Assembly: GCA_964583695.1 (NCBI GenBank)
Contig: CAZOWA010000012.1
Location: forward strand, 11,077 to 75,076
Direction of reading: 5' to 3'
Origin: an uncultured Dechloromonas sp.
GTDB taxonomy: Bacteria; Pseudomonadota; Gammaproteobacteria; Burkholderiales; Rhodocyclaceae
Length of the DNA: 64,000 nucleotides
The notes below the pieces were generated by a model, which ran no database searches, was not told where the DNA came from, and was given only the letters and a program-made list of their open reading frames with translations. The position numbers were made by a program, and so were the translations under genes. Shown one piece after another: positions 25,898 through 34,765 of this stretch (positions are counted from its first letter, which is position 1; every line of letters starts with the position of its first letter).

Positions 25898-28801
25898 TTA
25901 ACCGCAGCTTCCCACAGCCCCACAAGCCGTACAGAAATCACACCCATCCTTGCGAATCATCGTGTGGTTGCCGCATTCGCCGCAGAGCTTGCCCTGGGTT
26001 GGCAACACCTTGTTGCTGATGGTGTCTTCCGGAGCTTCGAGAATGCCCATTTGCTGCAGCGGGAAGCCTTCTTCGTCGAGAATGCCGAGCATGGCGTAGC
26101 GGTGGATGATGAGCTGCGCGATGTAGGCGACGGTCGAGGGGAAGGTTTGCTGCTTGCGCGAACCTGGAACGAAGGCCATGAAGTCGCCGAGCGGTTCCGG
26201 ATAGTCGAGCAGCTTGCGCAACTTCATGCCGATCCAAGCCGGATCGAGGACGCGCATGTCGAGGGAGAGAAGCTTCGACAGGCCGTCGAGGGCGCGCGGA
26301 TAGTTGCCCGAAAGCCACATGGAGTAGGGGCGGGTGACGCCGTCGGGCAGGGTGATTTCCTTGAGGCCAAGGACGAAGTCTTCGCCGGTCGAGGGGTTGT
26401 TCACGTCCACCGTCCAGGAGAGGGTTCCGTCGGTGCCGGTTTTCGGTTCCTTGGTGCTGAACAGGGCGTCCTTCACCGGGGTCGCGCCCTCATGCTTGAA
26501 GGCGCCAAGCTGTTCGCAACGCCAGCGGATGATCTGGGCCATGGCCGAAACCACCGAAGGCATGCGCTTGCGCTCGCCATGCGGGGGCATGGGTAGCTCG
26601 AAGGCTTCACCCGGCGTCTTGGAGAGGGCGTCGAGTTTCATTTCGAGCCAGCCGGCGTCATTGGCGCGCATGTCCATGGACAGCGTCTTGGCGACGGCGC
26701 CGAGGCCGCGCGGTTCGGCCGGGCCGTTGGCCCAGACTTCGAACGGCCAGGCGCGGCCTTCCGGTTCGACGTGGCCGACGAAGAGCGCAAACTTGCCGAT
26801 CGGCGAGTCGACCATGTAGGTCCAGCACAGGTTGCCTTCCGGCAGGTTCGGGCGGCCCGGCCAGCGCAGGCTGGCGAGCACCGGTGCCGGCAGGTTCTTG
26901 ATCGACAGGCGGCGGTTGGCGTCGGAGACGAAATCCTGCGGCGATTTGGCATCGGCCGCGGCGGCGGCTTCGGCGGCGCTCGGTTCAGGCGTTACGGAAA
27001 GCACGGAGCCGAGCACGCTGTTCGGACGGTAGGTGGCCAACCCCTTGAGGCCGGATTTCCAGGCTTGCATGTAGAGATCCTGGAAATCTTCGTAGGGGTA
27101 GTCGCCCGGCACGTTCACTGTCTTGGAAATGGCGGTGTCGATGTAGGGGGCGACGGCTGCAACCATGTCCTTGTGCGCTGCGGCCGAAATTTCCAGCGCG
27201 GTGACGAAGTAATCCGGCAGTTTGGTGACGTCGCCGCCGATATGCTTGTAGTAACGCCAGGCGTAATCCTCGACCGAGTATTCCTTGAGGGTGCCGTCCG
27301 TCATGCGCTTCTTGCGGGTGTAGGTCCAGGAGAAGGGCGGTTCAATGCCGTTCGAGGCGTTGTCAGCGAAAGCCAGCGAGATGGTGCCGGTCGGGGCGAT
27401 CGACAGGAGGTGCGAGTTGCGCAGGCCGTGCTTGCGGATTTCCGCCTTGACCTCGGCGGGCAGGCGGGAAGCGAAATTGCCGCCGGAGAGGTAGAGCTCG
27501 GCGTTGAACAGCGGGAAGGCACCGCGTTCCTTGGCCAGTTCGACCGAGTAGAGATAGGCTGCATCGCGCATGCTTTCGGTGATGCGGGTGGCCATGGCGC
27601 GGGCTTCCGGCTTGTCGTAGCGCAGGCGCAGCATGGTCAGGGCATCGCCCAGGCCGGTAAAGCCGAGGCCGACGCGGCGCTTGTTGGCGGCTTCCTGGGC
27701 TTGGCGATCGAGCGGCCAGTGGGTGGTGTCCAGCACGTTGTCGAGCATGCGGGTGGACACGCGGCAGACTTCGGCGAAGGCGTCGAAATCGAACGCGGCC
27801 TGTTCGGAGAAGGGGTGGCGGACGAACAGCGTCAGGTTGATCGAACCCAGGCAGCAGCAGCCGTAGGGCGGCAGCGGCTGTTCGGCGCAGGGATTGGTGG
27901 CCTCGATCACTTCGCAGTAATTGAGGTTGTTGTCCTTGTTCATGCGGTCGAGGAACAGGATGCCCGGCTCGGCGTGGTCGTAGGTGGATTTCATCACCTG
28001 ATCCCACAGGTCGCGGGCGCGCACCTTGCGGTAGACCCACTGGCCGTCGTCGCGCTGGTAGGCGCCGGCAGACTTCAGGTCGCTGTTCGGTTCGGCGCGG
28101 TGGGTCAGTTCGACATCGCTGTCGGCATCGACCGCTTCCATGAAGGCATCGGTGACGCCGATGGAAATGTTGAAATTGGACAGGTCACCCTTGTCCTTGG
28201 CATGGATGAATACCTCGATATCCGGATGGTCGCAGCGCAGCACACCCATCTGGGCGCCACGGCGGGCGCCAGCCGATTCGACGGTCTCGCACGAGCGGTC
28301 GAAAACACGCATGTAGGACACCGGGCCGGAAGCGCGCGACTGGGTGCCCTTGACGCGGGCGCCTTGCGGACGGATGGAGGAGAAGTCATAGCCGACGCCG
28401 CCACCACGGCGCATGGTTTCGGCAGCCTGCGCCAGCGCGGTGTAGATGCCCGGCTTGCCATCGGTGTTCTCGACGATGGAGTCGCCGACCGGCTGCACGA
28501 AGCAGTTGATCAGCGTGGCCTGCAGATCGGTACCGGCAGCCGAATTGATGCGGCCAGCGGGAATGAAGCCGTTTTCCTGGGCCCACAGGAAGCGGGCTTC
28601 CCAATGGCCACGGTCCTTCTCTTCCTCGACCTGGGCCAGTGCCCAGGCAACGCGCTTGCGCACGTCGTGAACATTGGTTTCCTTCCCTTTTGCGTATTTC
28701 TCGATCAGCACTTCGCCGGAGATTTCCTGCTCTTGCAGGGGGGCGAATTGCGGCGGTGCGGGAATGTCAGTCAGTGAGAGTTGTTCGGATACCGGGCCCA
28801 T
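25898..28801 (-). CDS. nrdJ: Class II (adenosylcobalamin-dependent) ribonucleotide reductase
   Basis: 967 aa; long monomeric-type RNR sequence ([21 protein letters not shown]) with a C-terminal Cys-rich tail, [22 protein letters not shown]. Confidence 0.93.
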   Translation of the reverse strand: MGPVSEQLSLTDIPAPPQFAPLQEQEISGEVLIEKYAKGKETNVHDVRKRVAWALAQVEEEKDRGHWEARFLWAQENGFIPAGRINSAAGTDLQATLINCFVQPVGDSIVENTDGKPGIYTALAQAAETMRRGGGVGYDFSSIRPQGARVKGTQSRASGPVSYMRVFDRSCETVESAGARRGAQMGVLRCDHPDIEVFIHAKDKGDLSNFNISIGVTDAFMEAVDADSDVELTHRAEPNSDLKSAGAYQRDDGQWVYRKVRARDLWDQVMKSTYDHAEPGILFLDRMNKDNNLNYCEVIEATNPCAEQPLPPYGCCCLGSINLTLFVRHPFSEQAAFDFDAFAEVCRVSTRMLDNVLDTTHWPLDRQAQEAANKRRVGLGFTGLGDALTMLRLRYDKPEARAMATRITESMRDAAYLYSVELAKERGAFPLFNAELYLSGGNFASRLPAEVKAEIRKHGLRNSHLLSIAPTGTISLAFADNASNGIEPPFSWTYTRKKRMTDGTLKEYSVEDYAWRYYKHIGGDVTKLPDYFVTALEISAAAHKDMVAAVAPYIDTAISKTVNVPGDYPYEDFQDLYMQAWKSGLKGLATYRPNSVLGSVLSVTPEPSAAEAAAAADAKSPQDFVSDANRRLSIKNLPAPVLASLRWPGRPNLPEGNLCWTYMVDSPIGKFALFVGHVEPEGRAWPFEVWANGPAEPRGLGAVAKTLSMDMRANDAGWLEMKLDALSKTPGEAFELPMPPHGERKRMPSVVSAMAQIIRWRCEQLGAFKHEGATPVKDALFSTKEPKTGTDGTLSWTVDVNNPSTGEDFVLGLKEITLPDGVTRPYSMWLSGNYPRALDGLSKLLSLDMRVLDPAWIGMKLRKLLDYPEPLGDFMAFVPGSRKQQTFPSTVAYIAQLIIHRYAMLGILDEEGFPLQQMGILEAPEDTISNKVLPTQGKLCGECGNHTMIRKDGCDFCTACGAVGSCG

Positions 28802-28862
28802 TTTTTGCTCCTCGATCTGTCTTTGTTAATCTGGCTTGTTCGTTTTTTGAATGACGAGCAAT

Positions 28863-28909
28863 CTACTATATCTAGTAGGTCAATACAATCCGTTGACTAG
28901 ATGTTGGGT
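28863..28909 (-). promoter_or_regulatory. Tandem NrdR-box candidates upstream of nrdJ
   Basis: Palindrome CTACTATATCTAGTAG (28863-28878) and a weaker second box with core CTAGATGTTG (28897-28906). The box centres are 31 bp apart, which is the typical NrdR tandem spacing, and lie 70-100 bp upstream of the ATG. Confidence 0.5.
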
Positions 28910-29000
28910 TTTGTGATGTTGGGAAAAGCGTTTTGTCATAGCCAAAAAAAGCCCGAAAAAACAAGCGCGAAGTGTGAGGACGATGTCGTTCGGGAGGCAG

Positions 29001-29065
29001 AAATTTTTTCCGCCCGGTTGGCAGACTTCTGCGGTGAACCGGAAAAAACGTCTTTTTTTTGGAAC
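29001..29065 (+). repeat. Dispersed repeat family, copy D (rearranged arms)
   Basis: AAATTTTTTCCGCCCGGTTGGCAG (right-arm-like) is followed by TGCGGTGAACCGGAAAAAACGTCTTTTTTTTGG. It lies in the 330-bp divergent region between nrdJ and the PLDc_N/TPR gene. Confidence 0.7.
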
Positions 29066-29132
29066 GCCCAGGAAGACTATCCGGAACGAATATTCCGGTA
29101 AGCTATGCCTTTTTCATTCGCCGTCGAACATC

Positions 29133-29870
29133 ATGCCGATTCTCGCCGCCTTCCCTGTCGTTCTCGACCTGTTGTGCATCATTCACGTTTACCGGACGGG
29201 ACGTCCGCAGTGGTGGTATTTCGTCATCGTCGGCTTTCCGGTCATTGGTGCACTGGCCTACCTGTTTCTGGAAGTACTGCCGCAGGCTGGCGGCACCCGC
29301 GTCGCCAAACGGGTGATCAAGGTGATCAATCCCGGAGCCGATTTGAAGGCGCGCATCAACGACGTCGAACGTTGCGGTTCGGTGGCCAACAAGGCGGCGC
29401 TGGCCGACGAGCTGATCAGTTCCGGGCAGTTTGACGATGCCATCAATCTCTACAAGAGTTGCATCGACGGTCTGCACGCCGACGATCCGGCGCTGATCTT
29501 CGGCCTTGCTGAAGCCTATTTCTACAAGCGCGACGGCGACAATGCCCTGGCTACGCTGGATCGCGTCATCGCCATCGAACCCTGGTTCCGGGCTGGCGAG
29601 GCCAAGCTGCTGCGGGCGCGTACCTTGGCCAGTACCGGGCGCTCCGACGAAGCGCTGGCGCAGTACGAGGCGATTCTCGAACATTTTCCCGGTGAGGAAG
29701 CGCGTTGCCGCTATGCCTCGCTGCTCGCCGGTCTGGGTCGTGTCGAGCAGGCCGGCCGCGTGCTGGCAGAAGCGGAGAAGCGCATGTCGCTGAACGGCCG
29801 TCAATACACGCGTGACAACCGGGAATGGCTGAGCGGAGCGCGCAAGGATATCGAGGCGTGTCAGGCCTGA
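29133..29870 (+). CDS. PLDc_N-domain membrane protein with C-terminal TPR-like region
   Basis: ORF 28974-29870; the upstream part crosses the repeat, so the likely start is the ATG at 29133 (MPILAAFPVVLDLLCIIHVYRTGRPQWWYFVIV). It has two N-terminal TM helices followed by helical repeats. Confidence 0.7.
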   Translation: MPILAAFPVVLDLLCIIHVYRTGRPQWWYFVIVGFPVIGALAYLFLEVLPQAGGTRVAKRVIKVINPGADLKARINDVERCGSVANKAALADELISSGQFDDAINLYKSCIDGLHADDPALIFGLAEAYFYKRDGDNALATLDRVIAIEPWFRAGEAKLLRARTLASTGRSDEALAQYEAILEHFPGEEARCRYASLLAGLGRVEQAGRVLAEAEKRMSLNGRQYTRDNREWLSGARKDIEACQA

Positions 29871-29887
29871 TTGCTGCGCGGCACCAA

Positions 29888-29920
29888 TAAAAAACCCCGG
29901 CACCTTGCAGGGCCGGGGTC
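29888..29920. terminator. Bidirectional terminator between the TPR gene and ackA
   Basis: Stem CCCCGGC ... GCCGGGG flanked by AAAAAA on one side. On the minus strand this gives a TTTTTTATT tail after ackA. Confidence 0.6.
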
Positions 29921-29936
29921 GGGAAAATTGGATTTC

Positions 29937-31118
29937 TCAGAGCGCCAAAAGCGTCTGCGCGTGGTGCGCCATCATCCATTCTTCGTTGGTCGGGATGACC
30001 AGCACGTCGACGCTGCTGGTGCCGGCGCTGATGTGCAGATCATGGCGGGCGTTGGCTTCCGGGTTGAGCAGGATGCCCAGCCACTGCGATTGCAGGCAGA
30101 CGCGGCGGCGCACTTCGGCGGCGTGTTCGCCGATGCCGCCGGTGAATACCAGCGCATCGAGACCACCGGCCGCCGCGGCCAGTGAGCCGAGTTCGCGGGC
30201 GATGCGGTAGCAGAAGAGATCAACCGCTTCCTGGGCTTCCGGCTTGTCGCTGGCGAGCAGGGTGCGCATGTCCTGGCTGATGCCGGAGACACCGAGCAGG
30301 CCGGATTCCTTGTAAAGAATCTTGGTCATGTCCTTGACCGACAGGCTCTTGGTTTCCATGAGGTGCAGGATGACGCCAGGGTCGAGGTTGCCGCAGCGCG
30401 TGCCCATGACCAGACCATCGATGGTCGAGAAGCCGAGCGTCGTGGCGACGCATTTACGATTGACCATCGCCGCCATGCTGGCGCCGTTGCCGAGGTGGGC
30501 GACGACGACGCGGCCAGTGGCGCGGCTCGAATGCTGGGGCAGGGCGCGGGCGATGAATTCGTAGGACAGGCCGTGGAAACCGTAGCGCTTGATGCCCTCG
30601 GCGGTGATGTTGCGCGGCAGGCCGAAGGTCTGGGCGACTTCCGGCTGGCTGCGGTGGAAAGCCGTGTCGAAGCAGGCAATCTGCGGCACGTCCGGCAGCA
30701 GGGCTTGCAGGGCGATGATGCCGGCGACGTTGTGCGGCTCGTGCAGCGGAGCGAGCGGGATGAAGCTGGTCAGATGGCCGAGGACGGTGTCGTCGATGAT
30801 GGTCGGCTGCGAGTAACGTTCGCCACCGTGGACGACGCGATGGCCGACGGCGACGATCTGCCAGTTGGCGTGGCTGGCGGTGAACCACTTGAGCAGGGCG
30901 TCGAAGGCCTGGGCGTGGCTGACCTTGCTGCCTTCGAGTACCTGGTCGGCGATATGCTTTCCGGCCCGGTTCTTGGCCACCATTTGCGTGGATTCGGCGC
31001 CAATGCCGTCGATCTGCCCGGAAACCTCGGCGTCGGGAGAAATCGGATGATCCAGCGAAAAGAGCGCGAACTTGATGGAGGACGATCCGGCATTGATCGT
31101 CAGAATGCCTTTTTTCAT
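29937..31118 (-). CDS. ackA: Acetate kinase
   Basis: 393 aa with N-terminus MKKGILTINAGSSSIKFALF. It lies 2 nt downstream of pta. Confidence 0.95.
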   Translation of the reverse strand: MKKGILTINAGSSSIKFALFSLDHPISPDAEVSGQIDGIGAESTQMVAKNRAGKHIADQVLEGSKVSHAQAFDALLKWFTASHANWQIVAVGHRVVHGGERYSQPTIIDDTVLGHLTSFIPLAPLHEPHNVAGIIALQALLPDVPQIACFDTAFHRSQPEVAQTFGLPRNITAEGIKRYGFHGLSYEFIARALPQHSSRATGRVVVAHLGNGASMAAMVNRKCVATTLGFSTIDGLVMGTRCGNLDPGVILHLMETKSLSVKDMTKILYKESGLLGVSGISQDMRTLLASDKPEAQEAVDLFCYRIARELGSLAAAAGGLDALVFTGGIGEHAAEVRRRVCLQSQWLGILLNPEANARHDLHISAGTSSVDVLVIPTNEEWMMAHHAQTLLAL

Positions 31119-31120
31119 GT

Positions 31121-32539
31121 TCAGAGAGTTCCCTTGTTACGGTTGGCGTGAGCGACGAGTGCTGCGATGACGCAGGAGGCGGTACGGGTTTCGGCCGAGT
31201 CCGCACGGCTGGTCAGGACGATGGGGACGCGGGTGCCGAGCACGATGCCGGCAGTCAATGCATTGGCAAGGTATTCGAGCTGCTTGGCCAGCATGTTGCC
31301 TGATTCCAGGTCGGGTACGACAAGAATTTCGGCGTGGCCGGCGACTGCCGACTTGATGCCCTTGGTCTTGGCGGCGACGATGGATACGGCATTGTCGAAG
31401 GCGAGCGGACCGTCGAGGATGCCACCCCTGATCTGGCCACGGTCGGCCATCTTGCAGAGCGCGGCGGCGTGCAGGGTGGATTCGATTTTCGGGTTAACCG
31501 TCTCGACTGCCGACAAAATCGCCACTTTGGGTTCGGGAATGCCGATGACGTGGGCGAGATCGATAGCGTTCTGGATGATGTCGACCTTTTCATCCAGCGT
31601 CGGGGCGATGTTGATGGCGGCGTCGGTGATGAGCAGCGGCCGGTGATAGGTCGGCACGTCCATCAGGAAGACGTGGCTGATCCGGCGGTTGGTGCGCAGG
31701 CCGTTAGCGCGGGCGACCACTTCGCCCATCAGTTCATCGGTATGCAGGCTGCCCTTCATCAGCGCCTCGGCATCGCCGGTGCGGACCAGCGATACTGCCA
31801 TCGCGGCCGAGTCGTGGCTGTGCGCGGCGTTGACGATGCGGATGGCGTGCAGGTCGATGCCGAATTCCTCGGCGACGGCGCGAATCTTGTTTTCCGGGCC
31901 GACCAGGATGGGTTCGATGATCCCGGCCTGAAAGGCCATGACCGGGCCTTTCAGCGATTCCAGATCGCAGGGGTGGGCGACGGCGGTGGGAATGGGCTCC
32001 AGCCCTTTGACCCGTGAGAGCAACTGGGTATAGCGCTCATGCTTGTCGTCGATGCGGATCTCGGGCATATGCACCTGTCGCAGATGCGAGACCTTTTCCG
32101 AAGGGGCGAGTACTTCAGCGGTGCCGCGCACCACCTGCAAACCTTCCTGGTTGGTGCATACGCAGTCGAGCACGATGTGCTTGTTGTGCTGAAATTTCTG
32201 CTTGGCGGTGACGGTGATGGTCACCGTATCGCCGATGGTGACCGGTCGGGCAAAGTGCAGGGTCTGGTCGATCAGGATGGTGCCGGGGCCGGGAAACTGG
32301 GTGCCGAGCACCGTCGAGATTAGCGAACCGCTCCACATGCCATGGGCGATCACTTCGCGGAACAGGCCGCTTTCGGAATAAGCCGGATCGACCACCGACG
32401 GATTGAGGTCGCCGGTCAGTACGGCAAACAGCTTGACATCTTCCGGCATCAGCGTGCGGGTCAGGCTCGCCGATTGTCCGACCTGAATCTCGTCGTAAGT
32501 GTGGTTGACCAGATATCGCTGTTCGTTGCTGTCGTGCAT
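31121..32539 (-). CDS. pta: Bifunctional MaoC-like hydratase / phosphate acetyltransferase
   Basis: ORF 31121-32620; the likely start is the ATG at 32539 (MHDSNEQRYL), giving 472 aa. It has an N-terminal hot-dog (MaoC) region and a C-terminal PTA domain. Confidence 0.88.
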   Translation of the reverse strand: MHDSNEQRYLVNHTYDEIQVGQSASLTRTLMPEDVKLFAVLTGDLNPSVVDPAYSESGLFREVIAHGMWSGSLISTVLGTQFPGPGTILIDQTLHFARPVTIGDTVTITVTAKQKFQHNKHIVLDCVCTNQEGLQVVRGTAEVLAPSEKVSHLRQVHMPEIRIDDKHERYTQLLSRVKGLEPIPTAVAHPCDLESLKGPVMAFQAGIIEPILVGPENKIRAVAEEFGIDLHAIRIVNAAHSHDSAAMAVSLVRTGDAEALMKGSLHTDELMGEVVARANGLRTNRRISHVFLMDVPTYHRPLLITDAAINIAPTLDEKVDIIQNAIDLAHVIGIPEPKVAILSAVETVNPKIESTLHAAALCKMADRGQIRGGILDGPLAFDNAVSIVAAKTKGIKSAVAGHAEILVVPDLESGNMLAKQLEYLANALTAGIVLGTRVPIVLTSRADSAETRTASCVIAALVAHANRNKGTL

Positions 32540-32696
32540 CTTCTGCTCCCGGTAACATGACAGGTGGGGAGGCCTATCTTGCATGCGTGCAAGTATAGTA
32601 TGCTGCGGTGCAGCAAACAATGTCGTTCATGTGACACCGCAGCAAGCCATCAGGGCTGACACAAGCTCCAATCAAACCATTAGAGGAAAACACAAC

Positions 32697-33503
32697 ATGA
32701 CCAACTCCGCTGAACAGGGTACCGCCGCAACCTCTCCCGCACTGCCGCTGGCTGGCAAGAAGGGCCTGATTACCGGTATCGCCAACGACAAGTCGATCGC
32801 TTTCGCCGTGGCTCGCGCCATCCGCGAACTGGGCGGTGAAATCGCCATCACCTACCAGAACGACAAGACCGCAAAATACACGCAGCCGCTGGCTGAAGCG
32901 CTCGATGCCAAGCTCTTCCTCAAGCTCGACGTGGCCGAACCGGGCAGTCTCGAAAACGTCATCGCCCAGTGCGGCGAAGCCTTTGGCGAGATCGACTTCG
33001 CTATCCACTCGATGGCCTTCTGCAACGCTGACGATCTGCACGGCCGCGTCATTGATGCTTCCGAAGCCGGTTTCGATTCGGCGATGAACGTTTCCTGCCA
33101 CAGCTTCCTGCGCATGGCCAAGGCCCTGGAGCCGTTGATGGCGCATGGCGGCTCGCTGATTACCATGTCCTACCTGGGTGCCGAGCGCGTCGTGCGCAAC
33201 TATGGTGTCATGGGCATCATCAAGGCCGCGCTTGAGTCGGCTGTCCGCTACATGGCCTACGACCTCGGCCCCAAGGGCATCCGCGTCTTTGCCGTGTCGC
33301 CCGGCCCGATCATGACCCGTGCTGCTTCCGGCATCGCCAACTTCAACACGCTGCTTGAAAACGATGCCGCCAAGGCACCGCTTGGCCGCACCGTGACCAT
33401 CGAGGAAGTCGGCGCACTGACCGCCTTCCTGTGCACGGCAGGGTCTTCCGGCATGACCGGCCAGACCATCTACGTCGACGGCGGCGCCCACATCGTCGCC
33501 TGA
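32697..33503 (+). CDS. fabI: Enoyl-ACP reductase (NADH)
   Basis: ORF 32583-33503; the likely start is the ATG at 32697, giving 268 aa. Motifs GIANDKSIAF and SYLGAERVVRNYGVMGIIKAALE (Y-x6-K) are present. Confidence 0.92.
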   Translation: MTNSAEQGTAATSPALPLAGKKGLITGIANDKSIAFAVARAIRELGGEIAITYQNDKTAKYTQPLAEALDAKLFLKLDVAEPGSLENVIAQCGEAFGEIDFAIHSMAFCNADDLHGRVIDASEAGFDSAMNVSCHSFLRMAKALEPLMAHGGSLITMSYLGAERVVRNYGVMGIIKAALESAVRYMAYDLGPKGIRVFAVSPGPIMTRAASGIANFNTLLENDAAKAPLGRTVTIEEVGALTAFLCTAGSSGMTGQTIYVDGGAHIVA

Positions 33504-33580
33504 CCGGAAAAGTGCAGGGTGCCGATTGCGGCGCCCTGCGCTATGCTGTACCCCATGGCATTCCCCTGACGGAGTTGCAT

Positions 33581-34159
33581 ATGGACATCAATGGGCCTGG
33601 CATCATTGCCGATCCCGTACCGGATCATCCCCTCCTGCGCGGCCGAACCGAAATCGGCCGGGGCGAAAACACCATCGTGCTCGATGGCGACGTGGTCGAC
33701 GGGCAGGAGCGCGTCTTCAAGCTGCTTTCATCACCGACCGATTACGCCTACTATACGGCCGACGACCGGCCAACCGGGCGGCATTTCCCCGTGGTTTTTG
33801 CCGATCACGGCACGGTGGGTAAATCCAGTCGCGGGTTTCCCTTCCACATCGTCGAGGTCGAGAAACTTTATCCCTTGCCCGGCAGCGGCGATGCCGCCGA
33901 AGTGGCGACCAAGATTTCAACCTCGTATTTCGACGCCTGCATGATGTGGCGCGACCTGGCTCAGGACATGGGGCGCATCGCCCTGCATCACCTGGTAGTG
34001 ACGCCGATGGGATGGGCCGACACCGTGCAGCAGTCGCTCAAGGCGCTGGAAAACTTTTCCGGCGAATACGGCGCACTGCCCGACCTGATCAAGGCCGACA
34101 ATCTGATGATGCGCAAGGATGGAACGCTGGTATTCTCCGACCCGGTTTTTATGGAATAG
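33581..34159 (+). CDS. Hypothetical protein with a minimal protein-kinase-fold-like pattern
   Basis: ORF 33431-34159; the likely start is the ATG at 33581, giving 192 aa. Motifs: GRGENTIV (Gly-loop-like), VFKLL (Lys), DLIKADN (catalytic-loop-like) and VFSDP (DFG-like). This is motif-level recognition only. Confidence 0.55.
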   Translation: MDINGPGIIADPVPDHPLLRGRTEIGRGENTIVLDGDVVDGQERVFKLLSSPTDYAYYTADDRPTGRHFPVVFADHGTVGKSSRGFPFHIVEVEKLYPLPGSGDAAEVATKISTSYFDACMMWRDLAQDMGRIALHHLVVTPMGWADTVQQSLKALENFSGEYGALPDLIKADNLMMRKDGTLVFSDPVFME

Positions 34160-34161
34160 GT

Positions 34162-34650
34162 ATGACCATCCAACAGGTTTTCTACACCTCGCGCCAGCGT
34201 GCCGAGGCCCTGGCAGCGAGCGACAACATCGCAGTTATCTCGATCACCGATCCGGGGACGCCGGAAGCTCTGCTGGGCGAGGGTTTCCGAGCGGTGCTGC
34301 GCATGTCCTTCTTCGATGCGCTGCCGGCCGATGAGTTCCTGCCGGCGCCGCTGCCCGGGCTGTTCGATCATCGCATGGCGCGGCAGATCAGCGAGTTCGT
34401 GCAGGCGCTACATGCCGTGCCGGATGCACTGTCGGTCATGGTGCATTGCGAGTACGGGGTCAGCCGGTCTGCGGCTATTGCTTTGTTTGTCGAGGCATTT
34501 TCCGGTGCGCCCCTGGCGGCGCGGGAGTTCGCCTACGAAGCCAACCAGTGGGTGATCGAGCGTTTATCCAGCCTGCATCCCGACCTGTGTATCGATATTC
34601 CCGCCATGGAAGCAGCCAACGAGCGCCGGGCACTGCCGCGTGCGGCCTGA
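34162..34650 (+). CDS. Hypothetical protein with a CX5R phosphatase P-loop (PTP/DSP-like)
   Basis: ORF 33946-34650; the ATG at 34162 lies 2 nt after the upstream stop and gives 162 aa. VHCEYGVSRS matches H-C-X5-R-S. Confidence 0.6.
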   Translation: MTIQQVFYTSRQRAEALAASDNIAVISITDPGTPEALLGEGFRAVLRMSFFDALPADEFLPAPLPGLFDHRMARQISEFVQALHAVPDALSVMVHCEYGVSRSAAIALFVEAFSGAPLAAREFAYEANQWVIERLSSLHPDLCIDIPAMEAANERRALPRAA

Positions 34651-34765
34651 TTTTTCAGGGAAAAAGCACGCCATCTCTTGATCTGCCGCAACGAATGAAA
34701 TGCCTTTGGTGTTAGGCTCTTCCGGTCTTGGTAATGCTCGGGAGGTTGTTGTGGCACTGAACGAT

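Noticed and set aside
28901-29101. Short ORFs crossing repeat copies that share PEK(S/T) peptides. Examples: 28901-29101, 46016-46261, 42997-43299, and the N-terminal parts of 28974-29870 and 43103-43882.
   Set aside because: The shared peptide is simply the translation of the repeat. These ORFs have no RBS or other coding support and conflict with better start sites downstream.
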